Part shown: piece by piece, positions 17,141 to 25,595 of the stretch
Position numbering within the stretch: the first letter of the stretch is position 1
Layout of the letters: each line of letters opens with the position of its first letter
Source of the DNA: a virus
Virus record (IMG/VR): IMGVR_UViG_3300006802_000078
Coordinates: 27,626-91,625 of that record
Direction: 5' to 3' (one strand)
Length of the DNA stretch: 64,000 bases
Notes under the pieces: model-generated
The model's input: the letters and a program-made list of their open reading frames with translations, nothing else
Database searches by the model: none
Told to the model about the DNA's origin: nothing
Position numbers and translations under genes: made by a program

Positions 17141-17153
17141 TTATGGCATCAAG

Positions 17154-17379
17154 TGGTGGAGGCGAGCGGCTTCGAACCGCCCGTCGAGTATCGCAACCTC
17201 GGATCTGGGGGGCCACGGCTGGGCTCAGGCGCTGGCGCGCTCAGCTCACGGTGTGCATGTGCACCTGCACACCGGCCAGACGCGCCGTGCCCCGCCCCGG
17301 GGCGTATGGGGTAGCCGCAGCAGGCGACCCCCAACAACGAGGATGCACTCGGCGCCGGCGCCACCTGCCGGCCGCCCCC
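17154..17379 (-). ncRNA. tRNA(Ala)/tmRNA-like RNA, 226 nt, with long rod replacing the anticodon/tag domain
   Basis: 5' GGGGGCG pairs with 3' CGCCTCC-A-CCA (G3:U70, A discriminator); T-arm GGCGG-TTCGAAG-CCGCT; long helical insert; lies in an intergenic gap. Confidence 0.75.
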
Positions 17380-17385
17380 GTATGG

Positions 17386-17625
17386 TCACTCGTCGTGGAA
17401 GGTCTTCGCCTCGGCGACTGCTGCTTCGAGGCTGTCGAAGATCATGACCTCCCCCGCGTCGCCCACGATGGGGCGCCACGAGGTGAAGCCGCTCATGGCG
17501 ATGAGCCGCCACTGCCCATGGGCGATGCGCTCGGCGCGCAGCTCCCCGAGCCCGGGGTAGACGTAGCCGGTGGGCTCACCGGGAACTTGGCCGCAGGGGC
17601 GACCGGGGACACGACGTGTGGTCAT
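17386..17625 (-). CDS. hypothetical protein (79 aa)
   Basis: MTTRRVPG, ATGA coupling. Confidence 0.6.
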   Translation of the reverse strand: MTTRRVPGRPCGQVPGEPTGYVYPGLGELRAERIAHGQWRLIAMSGFTSWRPIVGDAGEVMIFDSLEAAVAEAKTFHDE

Positions 17626-17912
17626 GGCTTCTCCAGGAGGTGGATGAGGGTCAGGTCGCCGAGCATCTCGGCGAGGATGTGGGCTTCGAACACGGCCAGG
17701 GTCTGGCCTTCGCCGAGCAGGCACGGGTCTTCGATGTTGCCGTGCGCCCCCGCGTAGAGATGCGTGCAGCCGTCGTCGTCGACCTCCCACCAGGAGGAGG
17801 CCTCGTCGATGCCGTCGGGGTCAGGCCGAGCCAGCCGCGCGAAAGCGGCTTCGGCGATGGCGAGGTACCCCTCGGGCCCCTCTGCGAATGGGATCATGCC
17901 AGGATACCACAT
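17622..17912 (-). CDS. acidic hypothetical protein (96 aa)
   Basis: Packed ORF with GAGG RBS. Confidence 0.7.
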   Translation of the reverse strand: MWYPGMIPFAEGPEGYLAIAEAAFARLARPDPDGIDEASSWWEVDDDGCTHLYAGAHGNIEDPCLLGEGQTLAVFEAHILAEMLGDLTLIHLLEKP

Positions 17913-17915
17913 GGC

Positions 17916-18731
17916 TCAGCCCTCGTTGTCCCACGCCACGCACTGGCTGTGCCAGCGCAGCTCCCGCTCGGAGAAGCGCCGAGGGCCAGACAGCGGGTCG
18001 CCGCTGCGCCCGTCGCTGATGTAGGCGGCGAGGTCGCCGGGGTCACGCCAGCTGACCGGGCCCTCGGCCTCGCGCCGAAGCTGCCGGGCCTCACGCCGGC
18101 GCGCCCCGCGCATCGTCTCGGCGTCGTCAGCAGCCTGCTCCCGCACCAGGCGGGCCAGCTCGTGTTCCCCCCGCGAGGCGCACGCGGCCTCGATGCGGGG
18201 CACGGCGGCCCGGAGCTGGACGAGCGCGGGCTCGACTCGCAGCTCGGAGCGGTCCCGGTTCATGCCGACAGCGACGCACGCCACCGGCTCGACAGCGCGT
18301 GGCCCCGCGGGCACCGTCACCGGGCCGTAGCCCAGGCGCACGCGCTCCTCCGCACGGGCGCGGACAGCTGCGGCACCGAGGGCCAGGCTCAGGGAGCCGA
18401 AGCCGGGGGCGGCGCCGATCACATCGAAAGGCCGCGTCGGGTACTGCGCGTCCTCCCATTCATCCCAGCGGCACTCCTCACGCAGCTCGGCCCACGTCAG
18501 GTTGACCTCGTCGAGCTGCGCCGGCGGGACCTCCCGGGGCCAGCGCGAGCGGCGCTTGCTGCGCCGGCCAGTGCCGGGCACAGGAGCACCGCGGGTAGGC
18601 TCGCAGTAGCTGGGCTCCGGCGCGGGCTCCGGGGTGGGCTCGGGGGCGGGCTCCTCGGCGCAGCGCCGCAGGAAGATGAAGCGGAGCGCAACGCGTGCGC
18701 GCAGAGACAGACCGGGCTCGAAGTACATCAT
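17916..18731 (-). CDS. hypothetical protein (271 aa) with PEPAPEP linker
   Basis: AGGAG RBS before MMYFEPG. Confidence 0.6.
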   Translation of the reverse strand: MMYFEPGLSLRARVALRFIFLRRCAEEPAPEPTPEPAPEPSYCEPTRGAPVPGTGRRSKRRSRWPREVPPAQLDEVNLTWAELREECRWDEWEDAQYPTRPFDVIGAAPGFGSLSLALGAAAVRARAEERVRLGYGPVTVPAGPRAVEPVACVAVGMNRDRSELRVEPALVQLRAAVPRIEAACASRGEHELARLVREQAADDAETMRGARRREARQLRREAEGPVSWRDPGDLAAYISDGRSGDPLSGPRRFSERELRWHSQCVAWDNEG

Positions 18732-19128
18732 CGGCTCCTGTTGTCGGCTCGCTGGGGCCGACGTGTGACCATCGCGCAGGGGCAGCGGACCATCCCGCTT
18801 CCCGCGCTCCCAGGCCACCCACCTGCGTTGCCAGTCGCAGGTGAGCGCTTCGGCACACGAGACATGCTGGCTGGCCTCGTGCTGCGCTCGTGCCTTGCAG
18901 TCACATGACTGCACCTCTCGGGGGAGGGGAAGCATTCTCGGAGACCTTGGCACCCCTGCGACAGCAGGCAGGCGGCAGCGCGTCCGCTCCCCCGATGGGC
19001 GGGCGGGCCCCCAAAGCCGGGTGTTCTTGGCGCGTGGCCGGCGTCACGCGGGAAGGTCAATCACACATGGCGCACCTCTTGGTGGTGGGGGTGTTCGCGT
19101 ACGGTCGTGCACTGCTGCGGGCACCTGG

Positions 19129-19169
19129 TACAGTGTTTCACGTGTTTCATTTTCGCGTGAGACACTGTA
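19129..19169. repeat. 16-bp imperfect inverted repeat
   Basis: TACAGTGTTTCACGTG..CGCGTGAGACACTGTA. Confidence 0.8.
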
Positions 19170-19325
19170 AGTGCTTGGAATCCTGTTCGCGGATCCGTTG
19201 TTTTATACCGAGTGCACACCAATGGAGGATTTTTGTGGCGAGCGGAAAAAAGAGGGGACCTCCTCGGGGGGTTTGTTCGCTTACGGCTCGCCGGATGGCT
19301 CCGAAGTGCAACCAGTATTTAGAAG

Positions 19326-19345
19326 TATAACTAAGTATAGTTATA
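19326..19345. repeat. AT-rich palindrome
   Basis: TATAACTA-AGTA-TAGTTATA within the most AT-rich tract of the window. Confidence 0.85.
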
Positions 19346-19568
19346 AGATTACTGATTGCTGCTGCTGCGGCGGTTGGCGCGGCCCTTCGTGGGCCGCGCT
19401 GCCGTGGTTGTAGCCCCCGGCGGGGTAAGCCGAAGCCGAGAGGGGGAGGTGGCGCAACACTGGGGCAGGGCTGCGCCGTAAGTAGCTGAATATGCGGGGG
19501 GTAAGGCAATATGCAATATAGTGCATATACGCTTACCGTGATGCACATTGTATGCGCGGGAGTAAGCG

Positions 19569-20123
19569 TTACCGGGACAGCTTGTGGCGGATCTCGCTGT
19601 AGTCCTGCCACGCGGCCTCACTACGGCCCGCCGCCAGAGCAGACCCCCAAGGTGACACACGCATGCGGACCTGGGGATCGACAGTCGCCCCCTCCCACGA
19701 AGACACGCGCGCTGGCGTCGTCGTAGAGGTTGCGCCGCTGCGGACTACGATGCGCTTCCGCTCGCACATGGTACGCAGAGCCGCATCCATGAGCGTACCG
19801 ACGTGCCCCTGCGGTAGCGCGATAGTCAGGGTCACTACGTCATCCCCCTTCGGCATGGCGCGGGCAACCCCCGCCCACGAGCGAAGCTCGCCCGCCGCCT
19901 CCCCTGCCAGGCGCGCGCGCTCCGCCCATGCCTCGTTGTCCTGCACGTCCTGCGCCGCCCGCGCCAAGTGCGGCGCGCGGTCCTTCCTCGCATGCGCCAA
20001 GCGCAGAGCGGCCCCTTCGGGATCCCTGACTTGGGCCCTACACTCCGCCGCCCCCTGCGCGAGCAGGTCACACGCAGAGAGCAGCACGGCGCGAAGCTGC
20101 GCCGGCGTCGCTTCGATTACCAT
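19569..20123 (-). CDS. hypothetical protein (184 aa)
   Basis: AGGAGG RBS before MVIEAT. Confidence 0.6.
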   Translation of the reverse strand: MVIEATPAQLRAVLLSACDLLAQGAAECRAQVRDPEGAALRLAHARKDRAPHLARAAQDVQDNEAWAERARLAGEAAGELRSWAGVARAMPKGDDVVTLTIALPQGHVGTLMDAALRTMCERKRIVVRSGATSTTTPARVSSWEGATVDPQVRMRVSPWGSALAAGRSEAAWQDYSEIRHKLSR

Positions 20124-20149
20124 TACGCACCCCTCCTGGTTGCACTTTC

Positions 20150-21285
20150 GCTCTATCTGTTGACCCTACGCGCGGGCACACCCCTTCGATGGGCTGGCGC
20201 GTAGTCGGAGCCGAAAGCAAAGACATAAGCATAGGGCCAGGGCAGCTTAGCTGCCCTGGCCCATTCGGGTTTGGCGAGCCCAGCAACGGCGCGAGGGCGC
20301 CGATACCAGCTTGACCGTGGGTTATCCCCGCGGCCCCTGTCATCGCCCGCTAGGGCTCTGGTTCGAAGCTGCAATATCGACCAATGGGCTCCCCGTATCG
20401 TTTCCGGATCATGGCCCATTGTTCCCTCGTGGGTGCGCCGTTGCGGGGCCCACCTACACTGTCGGCTTCGGGATAGCCGACGATAGCGACCGATCGCCGT
20501 TGTCAATGGCGACGCGCTATCTGTTTATGTGTGTGAATACCGTTCAAACGACCGCCGCCGGTATCCTACCCGGTACGCTACGCCGTTTCGTCGCTTCACC
20601 CTACTGTATGTGAGGCGGTATTGGCGTCTATCCGTCGAGACGCGCTACCCACCGCCGATCCTTTGCTACCCGCGCCACGATCCCGCTTCCTGCCCTCTGG
20701 TTCCTTTCACCGGGAGCGCCGGGGCCGCGGGCTACTGCCACCATGGGGGCCGCCTACGCTTGTGAAGGGGGCGCCCATGGCGCGGGGTAGCTGCTACCGC
20801 CGTCGCTGAGGGAGGGGGGGTCGTGGGGGGTGTCAAAGGGCGCAAGCCGACTACCTGTCGCCGACCCTCGGGGGCTACCTCCGGGGCGACGGATCCCGCT
20901 ATCGAGCGGCCGAGTGGACCCTTGGGTGATGCCATAGGGCGCGCACGTCGAGACCCGGATCCCCACTGGTGTCCCGGGCGACAGCTACAGAGGACGGAGG
21001 GAGGGCTTACCGGGTAGTCGCGCACGGGGCGGAAAGTGACGCGTCGTCGCTTGCCGTGGCGTTACTGCCTTCCTCCTCCCGTGCGCCGACATAGGGGCCG
21101 AAGCCCTTGCTGCGGGTGGGGGGCGGATCAGATCACCAGACAGGGGACACCGTCCGCTATGCCGCGGAGGAGGCGCCTGTCTGTACGGGTAGGGGCTGAA
21201 AAAGACCGAAGGGGGCCGAGCGGGGGTTAGCCGTCCGCCCTCTGAGGAGGACCAGGGAGTCCCCTGGTCCTGCACAGAGGGCAGC
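20150..21285 (-). ncRNA. candidate large structured RNA / leader (~1.1 kb)
   Basis: No credible ORF; more than a dozen consecutive stem-loops, including a perfect 13-bp hairpin at 20234-20262. Confidence 0.45.
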
Positions 21286-21288
21286 GGG

Positions 21289-21924
21289 CTACCAACCGCC
21301 GACCTTGCGGGAGGCCGCCTTGCGCCGCGCGCCCGGGACAGGGATCGAAGCGTTCCGACCGCGGAGGTGACTGTCCATCGCGGACAGCGCCTCCCCGTGG
21401 GAGCGGTTGCTGCCGTTGACGGCGACGGCGGCCGCGATCGCGTGGGTGATCGCCTCCTGAGCTTCCTGGTAGCTGGGCGCCGCGGTGATCAGGCGGAGGA
21501 TTGCGGCCTTGACGGCGGTACGCTCCGCGCCGACCGTGGAACCATCGAAGTAGGCGATCGCGCTCTTGCCTTCATCGGGGAGGTAGACCAGGAACGCAGG
21601 ATCGGCGGGGAGCGCGGAGCGGGCCTCGTCCTTCCCCAGCTTGGCGCCGACGCGGTAGCGGCCGATCATGCTGGCGACGGCGGGATCGGCGGGATCGGCG
21701 GAGGGGGCCACGGTGTCCAGGGTGGCCCGGAGGTTGGCGATCGTGTCGTCACGATCGGCGATCGTCGCCAGGAGGGCGGCGATCGTGGCGTCGCGGTCGG
21801 CGATCGTCGCCAGGAGGGAGACGGCGTCGGTGTTGGTGTCGGTGTCGGCAGGGGCCGGCGCCACGTCGACGACGACGGGGGCGGAGGGGGCGGAAGCGGC
21901 GGTGGTGCTGGTCTTGCGGGACAT
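21289..21924 (-). CDS. first gene of the early array; coiled-coil repeat protein (211 aa)
   Basis: AGGA RBS; 14-aa tandem repeat LLATIADRD(A/D)TIA. Confidence 0.75.
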   Translation of the reverse strand: MSRKTSTTAASAPSAPVVVDVAPAPADTDTNTDAVSLLATIADRDATIAALLATIADRDDTIANLRATLDTVAPSADPADPAVASMIGRYRVGAKLGKDEARSALPADPAFLVYLPDEGKSAIAYFDGSTVGAERTAVKAAILRLITAAPSYQEAQEAITHAIAAAVAVNGSNRSHGEALSAMDSHLRGRNASIPVPGARRKAASRKVGGW

Positions 21925-21975
21925 CGGGTCATCCTACGGGGTGCGGGGCCAGGGGAGATCCGTGGCCACGGCAGG

Positions 21976-22004
21976 AATGTACTACCGCGCTATGGCGCTG
22001 GCAA
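21976..22004 (-). promoter_or_regulatory. sigma70-type early promoter
   Basis: TTGCCA-N17-TACATT, ~50 nt upstream of the 21924 start. Confidence 0.7.
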
Positions 22005-22318
22005 GGCGGTACGCGCAACCCTACCCCGAAAGGAGAAGGAACGCGCGCGAGGCAGCCTGGCAGCCCGGCAGGGGGGCAGCTCGGCAGCTCGATCGCGGCG
22101 GGGGGTTCCGCCAGGCGGCCGACGGAGGGGGGGTCGGCCAGGATGCCGGTGCCGCCGTGGTCGTAGCTGAGGGGGAGGGGGCATTCCGCCCGCGCGGGAC
22201 GTGACCGCTACGCGTGGTGCCCCAAAAATCCGCAGCACCTCCCGCCCCTCCCACCATTTATTCGTTGCGCGCCACGCAACCAGCATGCTACTCCTCACCC
22301 ACACTCCAGGTGCCAGCC

Positions 22319-22912
22319 ATGGACCGCTACACTCTCCGCTCCCTCCGCCGCCTTCGGGGCCCCCTCGTGCGGGACCCTATCCTCTGTATGATCGTCCCGG
22401 CGCACTACACCCAGCAGCGCCTGGCCGAGGGGGGCGTGGTCGTTCGCCGCTTCCCCCTGCCACCGCCGCAGCGCATCGTCGAGATGGACATCGCGCAGGC
22501 GGCGCCGGCTCACGCTCCGGAGAACCCGCTCGAGTTCCGCGAGTTCGTGATCCGCCGCTGGCGCTACGCCGAGACCTTCCTCGTGCCGACCACGGATGTG
22601 CCGCGCATCACGGCCGGCGCCATGGAGCGCAAGATGGACTGCACCGTCGCCGACCAGAGGTTGCCCGGCGCCTCCCTTGGGGAGATGTCGCGGTTCCTCC
22701 GTCGTCTGGGCTACGCCCCCAAGCGGATGCGCGTCTCGGAGATCCACCGGCTGTACCGGCGCAGGGCGGCGAAGTCGCGCATCACGCTGGCGATGTGGTG
22801 CATCGGTGACTACGACCACGGCAACAAGCTCGTCATGACCTGCGGCGACGACACCTGGTGGCACCTGTGCTGCCCGCTCGCTCTGCCCAGCAACGCGGCG
22901 GAGTCCCCGTGA
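22319..22912 (+). CDS. hypothetical protein (197 aa)
   Basis: First rightward gene, MDRYTLRS. Confidence 0.65.
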   Translation: MDRYTLRSLRRLRGPLVRDPILCMIVPAHYTQQRLAEGGVVVRRFPLPPPQRIVEMDIAQAAPAHAPENPLEFREFVIRRWRYAETFLVPTTDVPRITAGAMERKMDCTVADQRLPGASLGEMSRFLRRLGYAPKRMRVSEIHRLYRRRAAKSRITLAMWCIGDYDHGNKLVMTCGDDTWWHLCCPLALPSNAAESP

Positions 22913-23166
22913 ACCGGCGCGACTTCCTGCACAACCTCGCGCTCGGAACCGCGGCTGCGTGCGCTGCTCGGCTGGTCGGCCCGCGACAGCTACCGGGCGG
23001 TGCACGCGATGGCGATGACGCTGCTGCGAACAAGACCTGCGCATTCACGCCGCTCCCCGTGTCGTTGCAGAGCCTCATGGACCTCGTCGAGGAGTACCAG
23101 CGGCGTGTGATCGCCGACTTCAACAACAGCATGCACGAGCTCTGGCTCACCGGGAGGCTGCCATGA
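22909..23166 (+). CDS. small protein with twin-arginine-like N-terminus (85 aa)
   Basis: GTG start, NRRDFLHNLALGTAAACAA; coupled at both ends. Confidence 0.55.
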   Translation: MNRRDFLHNLALGTAAACAARLVGPRQLPGGARDGDDAAANKTCAFTPLPVSLQSLMDLVEEYQRRVIADFNNSMHELWLTGRLP

Positions 23167-23840
23167 AGACCGATGAAGCGGCGCTGCAACCGTCGCTGCG
23201 CCCTGGGCCGCAGCTCCCGATGGTGCTGCCACACGCTGTCGTCTTCGCCAACGGCGACCACGCCTACATCGTTCGTCACCGCGACGCGATCGGCGACTTC
23301 TTCTGCCTGCGCACCCTGGCCGAGCTCGAGCAGTTCTACTCCGAGCTCGAGGGGCAGCCGCATCGTGCCGAGCTCGCCGCCGGAGGCTCTCGCTGGGCAG
23401 CTGCCGACGAAGCTGTCGCTGATGGCATCGTCGCGCAGCGGAGCGACTCGCACCCGCGGCTGGTGTGGGCGCAGAGCGTCGGCATCGAGCGGCCGTTGCC
23501 GGGTTGGCGCGATGGTCGTGGCTTCGCAGGCTGCAGCTCCTGCGAGAAGCACCAGCGCTACCGCGGCTACGAGCCGACCGCCATCACGGGCGACTGGCAG
23601 ACCGACCCGCCGCTCGCAACCGCTCGCCGGCTGCTGACCGACCCGGCACACGCGCCGATCGCGCTCGATGACGCCAACACCTCCACGCAGGCCGTGTTCA
23701 TGCTTGCCCGAGGCCCGCGGCAGCACGCCCACGGGATCACCATCTCGTGCCCGGTCCGGCGGCTGGCCTCCGGGCGCATCGCCCTCGAGGCCATGGCCCG
23801 TGAGCTGGCGAAGCAGATCCACGAGGCGCGCCTGGCTTGA
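23163..23840 (+). CDS. hypothetical protein (225 aa)
   Basis: GGAGG RBS, ATGA coupling. Confidence 0.65.
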   Translation: MKTDEAALQPSLRPGPQLPMVLPHAVVFANGDHAYIVRHRDAIGDFFCLRTLAELEQFYSELEGQPHRAELAAGGSRWAAADEAVADGIVAQRSDSHPRLVWAQSVGIERPLPGWRDGRGFAGCSSCEKHQRYRGYEPTAITGDWQTDPPLATARRLLTDPAHAPIALDDANTSTQAVFMLARGPRQHAHGITISCPVRRLASGRIALEAMARELAKQIHEARLA

Positions 23841-23866
23841 CTGCCTATGATGGCTCTCGCTATCAT
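23837..23866 (+). promoter_or_regulatory. sigma70-type promoter
   Basis: TTGACT-N18-TATCAT upstream of the RHH gene. Confidence 0.65.
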
Positions 23867-23893
23867 GAGCTGGCACATGGAGGCAGCACAGCA

Positions 23894-24313
23894 ATGGCCG
23901 CTGAAGTCCTGGAAATGATGTCGCTGCGTCTGACCGAGGAGTCGGACGTGGCTGCACTCGACGCGCTCGTCGGGCGCTTCGGCTCACCGTCTCGGGTCGA
24001 GGCCGTCCGTGAGGCCATCCGTCGGGTGGCTGCCGAGGCGCCGATGCCGGCCGACGTGATGCTCTGGTACAAGGGCAAGGATGGCGTCGCAGCGCGGCTG
24101 TTCGCCACCGAGATGCACCAGGGCCCGATGACGGCGCTGGCCGCGCTCGAGCGCGCGGTGGCCTTGGAGAAGCGCGGCTTCGCCGTGCGCGCAGAGCAGA
24201 TGCCCGAGCTGCCGGCGAGGCTGCGGCCGCATGCTGATGCCGAGGAGCTCTGCCAGGCCTGTGGCTGCGCTGCCGATGACCACGACGAGAGCTGCAAGCG
24301 CGGTGCACGATGA
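23894..24313 (+). CDS. ribbon-helix-helix (CopG-like) DNA-binding protein with C-terminal Cys/His cluster
   Basis: MSLRLTEESDVAALDALV..SRVEAVREAIRR; CQACG..H..C; GGAGG RBS. Confidence 0.7.
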   Translation: MAAEVLEMMSLRLTEESDVAALDALVGRFGSPSRVEAVREAIRRVAAEAPMPADVMLWYKGKDGVAARLFATEMHQGPMTALAALERAVALEKRGFAVRAEQMPELPARLRPHADAEELCQACGCAADDHDESCKRGAR

Positions 24314-24882
24314 GCTTCAAGTACGCGACCCCAGACCCCAAGAGCCTCGCGCGTATGGGCATGCTGATCATCAACCCGCCCAGGGGCGAAGACGGCGCTA
24401 TCGAGGTCTGCTGCGAGTGCGGCAACCGGATCCCCGCGCAGTGCATCCGCCGCTACGGCGAGCTCCGCTCCTTACAGCACCCCGAGGTGGCTGGCGTCGA
24501 CTGCTTCATCCTCGCGTCGGCCTCGTCGGTGGTGTCCGTGTCGACCTGCCAGCGGGGCTGCGGCCTGCCGATCGACAAGTTCACTGTGCTCGACCTTGGC
24601 GGCTACGCGCCGGTGCTCGGTCATGGCCTCACTGCGGATGGCACCGCCTGGAACTTCCACGCTCCTGACGGTGTCTGGTCGGTGCACGTCGGCTGCATCG
24701 ACGGCGCCGTCGGCTGCGTCAGCGACCGCAGCGCCGAGCTCATCGTCGAGGGCGACGACTGGCACATGTGGATGGGCTTGTATCGGCTGCGTGCGGACGT
24801 GCTGGCGCGGATCCGCTTCGCGCTGACCCCGTGGGGCAACGTCGTGTGCGGCCGCGTGACTGCTGAAGGAGGTGAGGCATGA
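24310..24882 (+). CDS. Cys-rich hypothetical protein (190 aa)
   Basis: ATGA coupling; CCECG and CQRGC. Confidence 0.65.
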   Translation: MSFKYATPDPKSLARMGMLIINPPRGEDGAIEVCCECGNRIPAQCIRRYGELRSLQHPEVAGVDCFILASASSVVSVSTCQRGCGLPIDKFTVLDLGGYAPVLGHGLTADGTAWNFHAPDGVWSVHVGCIDGAVGCVSDRSAELIVEGDDWHMWMGLYRLRADVLARIRFALTPWGNVVCGRVTAEGGEA

Positions 24883-25208
24883 GCGATCCTACCGGGTTCG
24901 ACGCAGCTCCGGCTCACTACGCCGGCGGCCGCGAGGTGATCGACATCATCCGGGACCGTCTCGGTGATGCCGGCTTCATCGCCTTCTGCGAGGGCAACGA
25001 GATCAAGTACCGCATGCGCGCTGGTCTCAAAGGTGACGCGTTCGAAGACCTGCGGAAGGCCCGTTGGTACCGAGAGATGGCGGATTGTACTCTTGGGCTT
25101 GGTCCTGACCCGCGGTCTGGCCGCCCAGGCTTCACCAGCTACCGTCGCGGCGAGCTTGGCGACAGCGACAAGGCCCAGCTCGAGAAGCTCGGCAAGGTGA
25201 AGCCATGA
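24879..25208 (+). CDS. DUF3310 (T7 gp1.7/SaV-like) protein
   Basis: PAHY..EVIDII..FCEGNEIKY..RAGLKG..EDLRKARWY. Confidence 0.88.
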   Translation: MSDPTGFDAAPAHYAGGREVIDIIRDRLGDAGFIAFCEGNEIKYRMRAGLKGDAFEDLRKARWYREMADCTLGLGPDPRSGRPGFTSYRRGELGDSDKAQLEKLGKVKP

Positions 25209-25316
25209 GGTTCATCATCGACAGCTGGCGCCTCATGTCGCAGCGGGACCAGCGCCTGCGCTTCTTCATCTGCTTCCCTGGCGCCCTGGTGCGCTACTAC
25301 TACGCGCGGGTATGCC

Positions 25317-25595
25317 ATGAGCCATGAGGCGCTGCTGGAGGAGCTGGCTGCGCTGGAGCACCGGCAGTGGGCCCACTGGACGAACTACATGCTGTGCGTC
25401 CTGGCACCGCTGCTGTGCTTGGCCGATGACGCTGATGTCCCGGAACCGGGTACGCCGGAGGCGAACGCGCTCGACGCCCTGGTTCGCTGGCGCCGGCAGA
25501 TCGCTACGCCGTACGCGGAGCTCAGCGAGTCCGAGCGCGAAAGCGACCGCGAGTGGGCTCGTGAAGTGCTCGCCATCGTGGGGGACGCGTCATGA
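25317..25595 (+). CDS. RyR-domain-like small phage protein
   Basis: LAALEHRQW..PYAELSESERESDR. Confidence 0.65.
   Translation: MSHEALLEELAALEHRQWAHWTNYMLCVLAPLLCLADDADVPEPGTPEANALDALVRWRRQIATPYAELSESERESDREWAREVLAIVGDAS

Noticed and set aside
17090-17153. Theta (HDV-like) ribozyme behind the CCA
   Set aside because: I could not build the P1/P2/P3 nested double pseudoknot by eye.
17154-17190. Isolated ssrA/tRNA 3'-end duplication (att site) of an integrated element
   Set aside because: A complementary 5' end and continuous pairing exist 226 nt upstream, there is no integrase nearby, and the same phage operon continues on both sides.
17154-17230. Canonical ~76-nt tRNA
   Set aside because: No matching 5' acceptor strand 72-95 nt upstream of the CCA.
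17197-17345. Group I intron or bulge-helix-bulge intron in tRNA-Ala
   Set aside because: The insert is ~150 nt, rod-like, with no recognisable group I core, and only one 3-nt bulge is evident. Kept only as a minor hypothesis.
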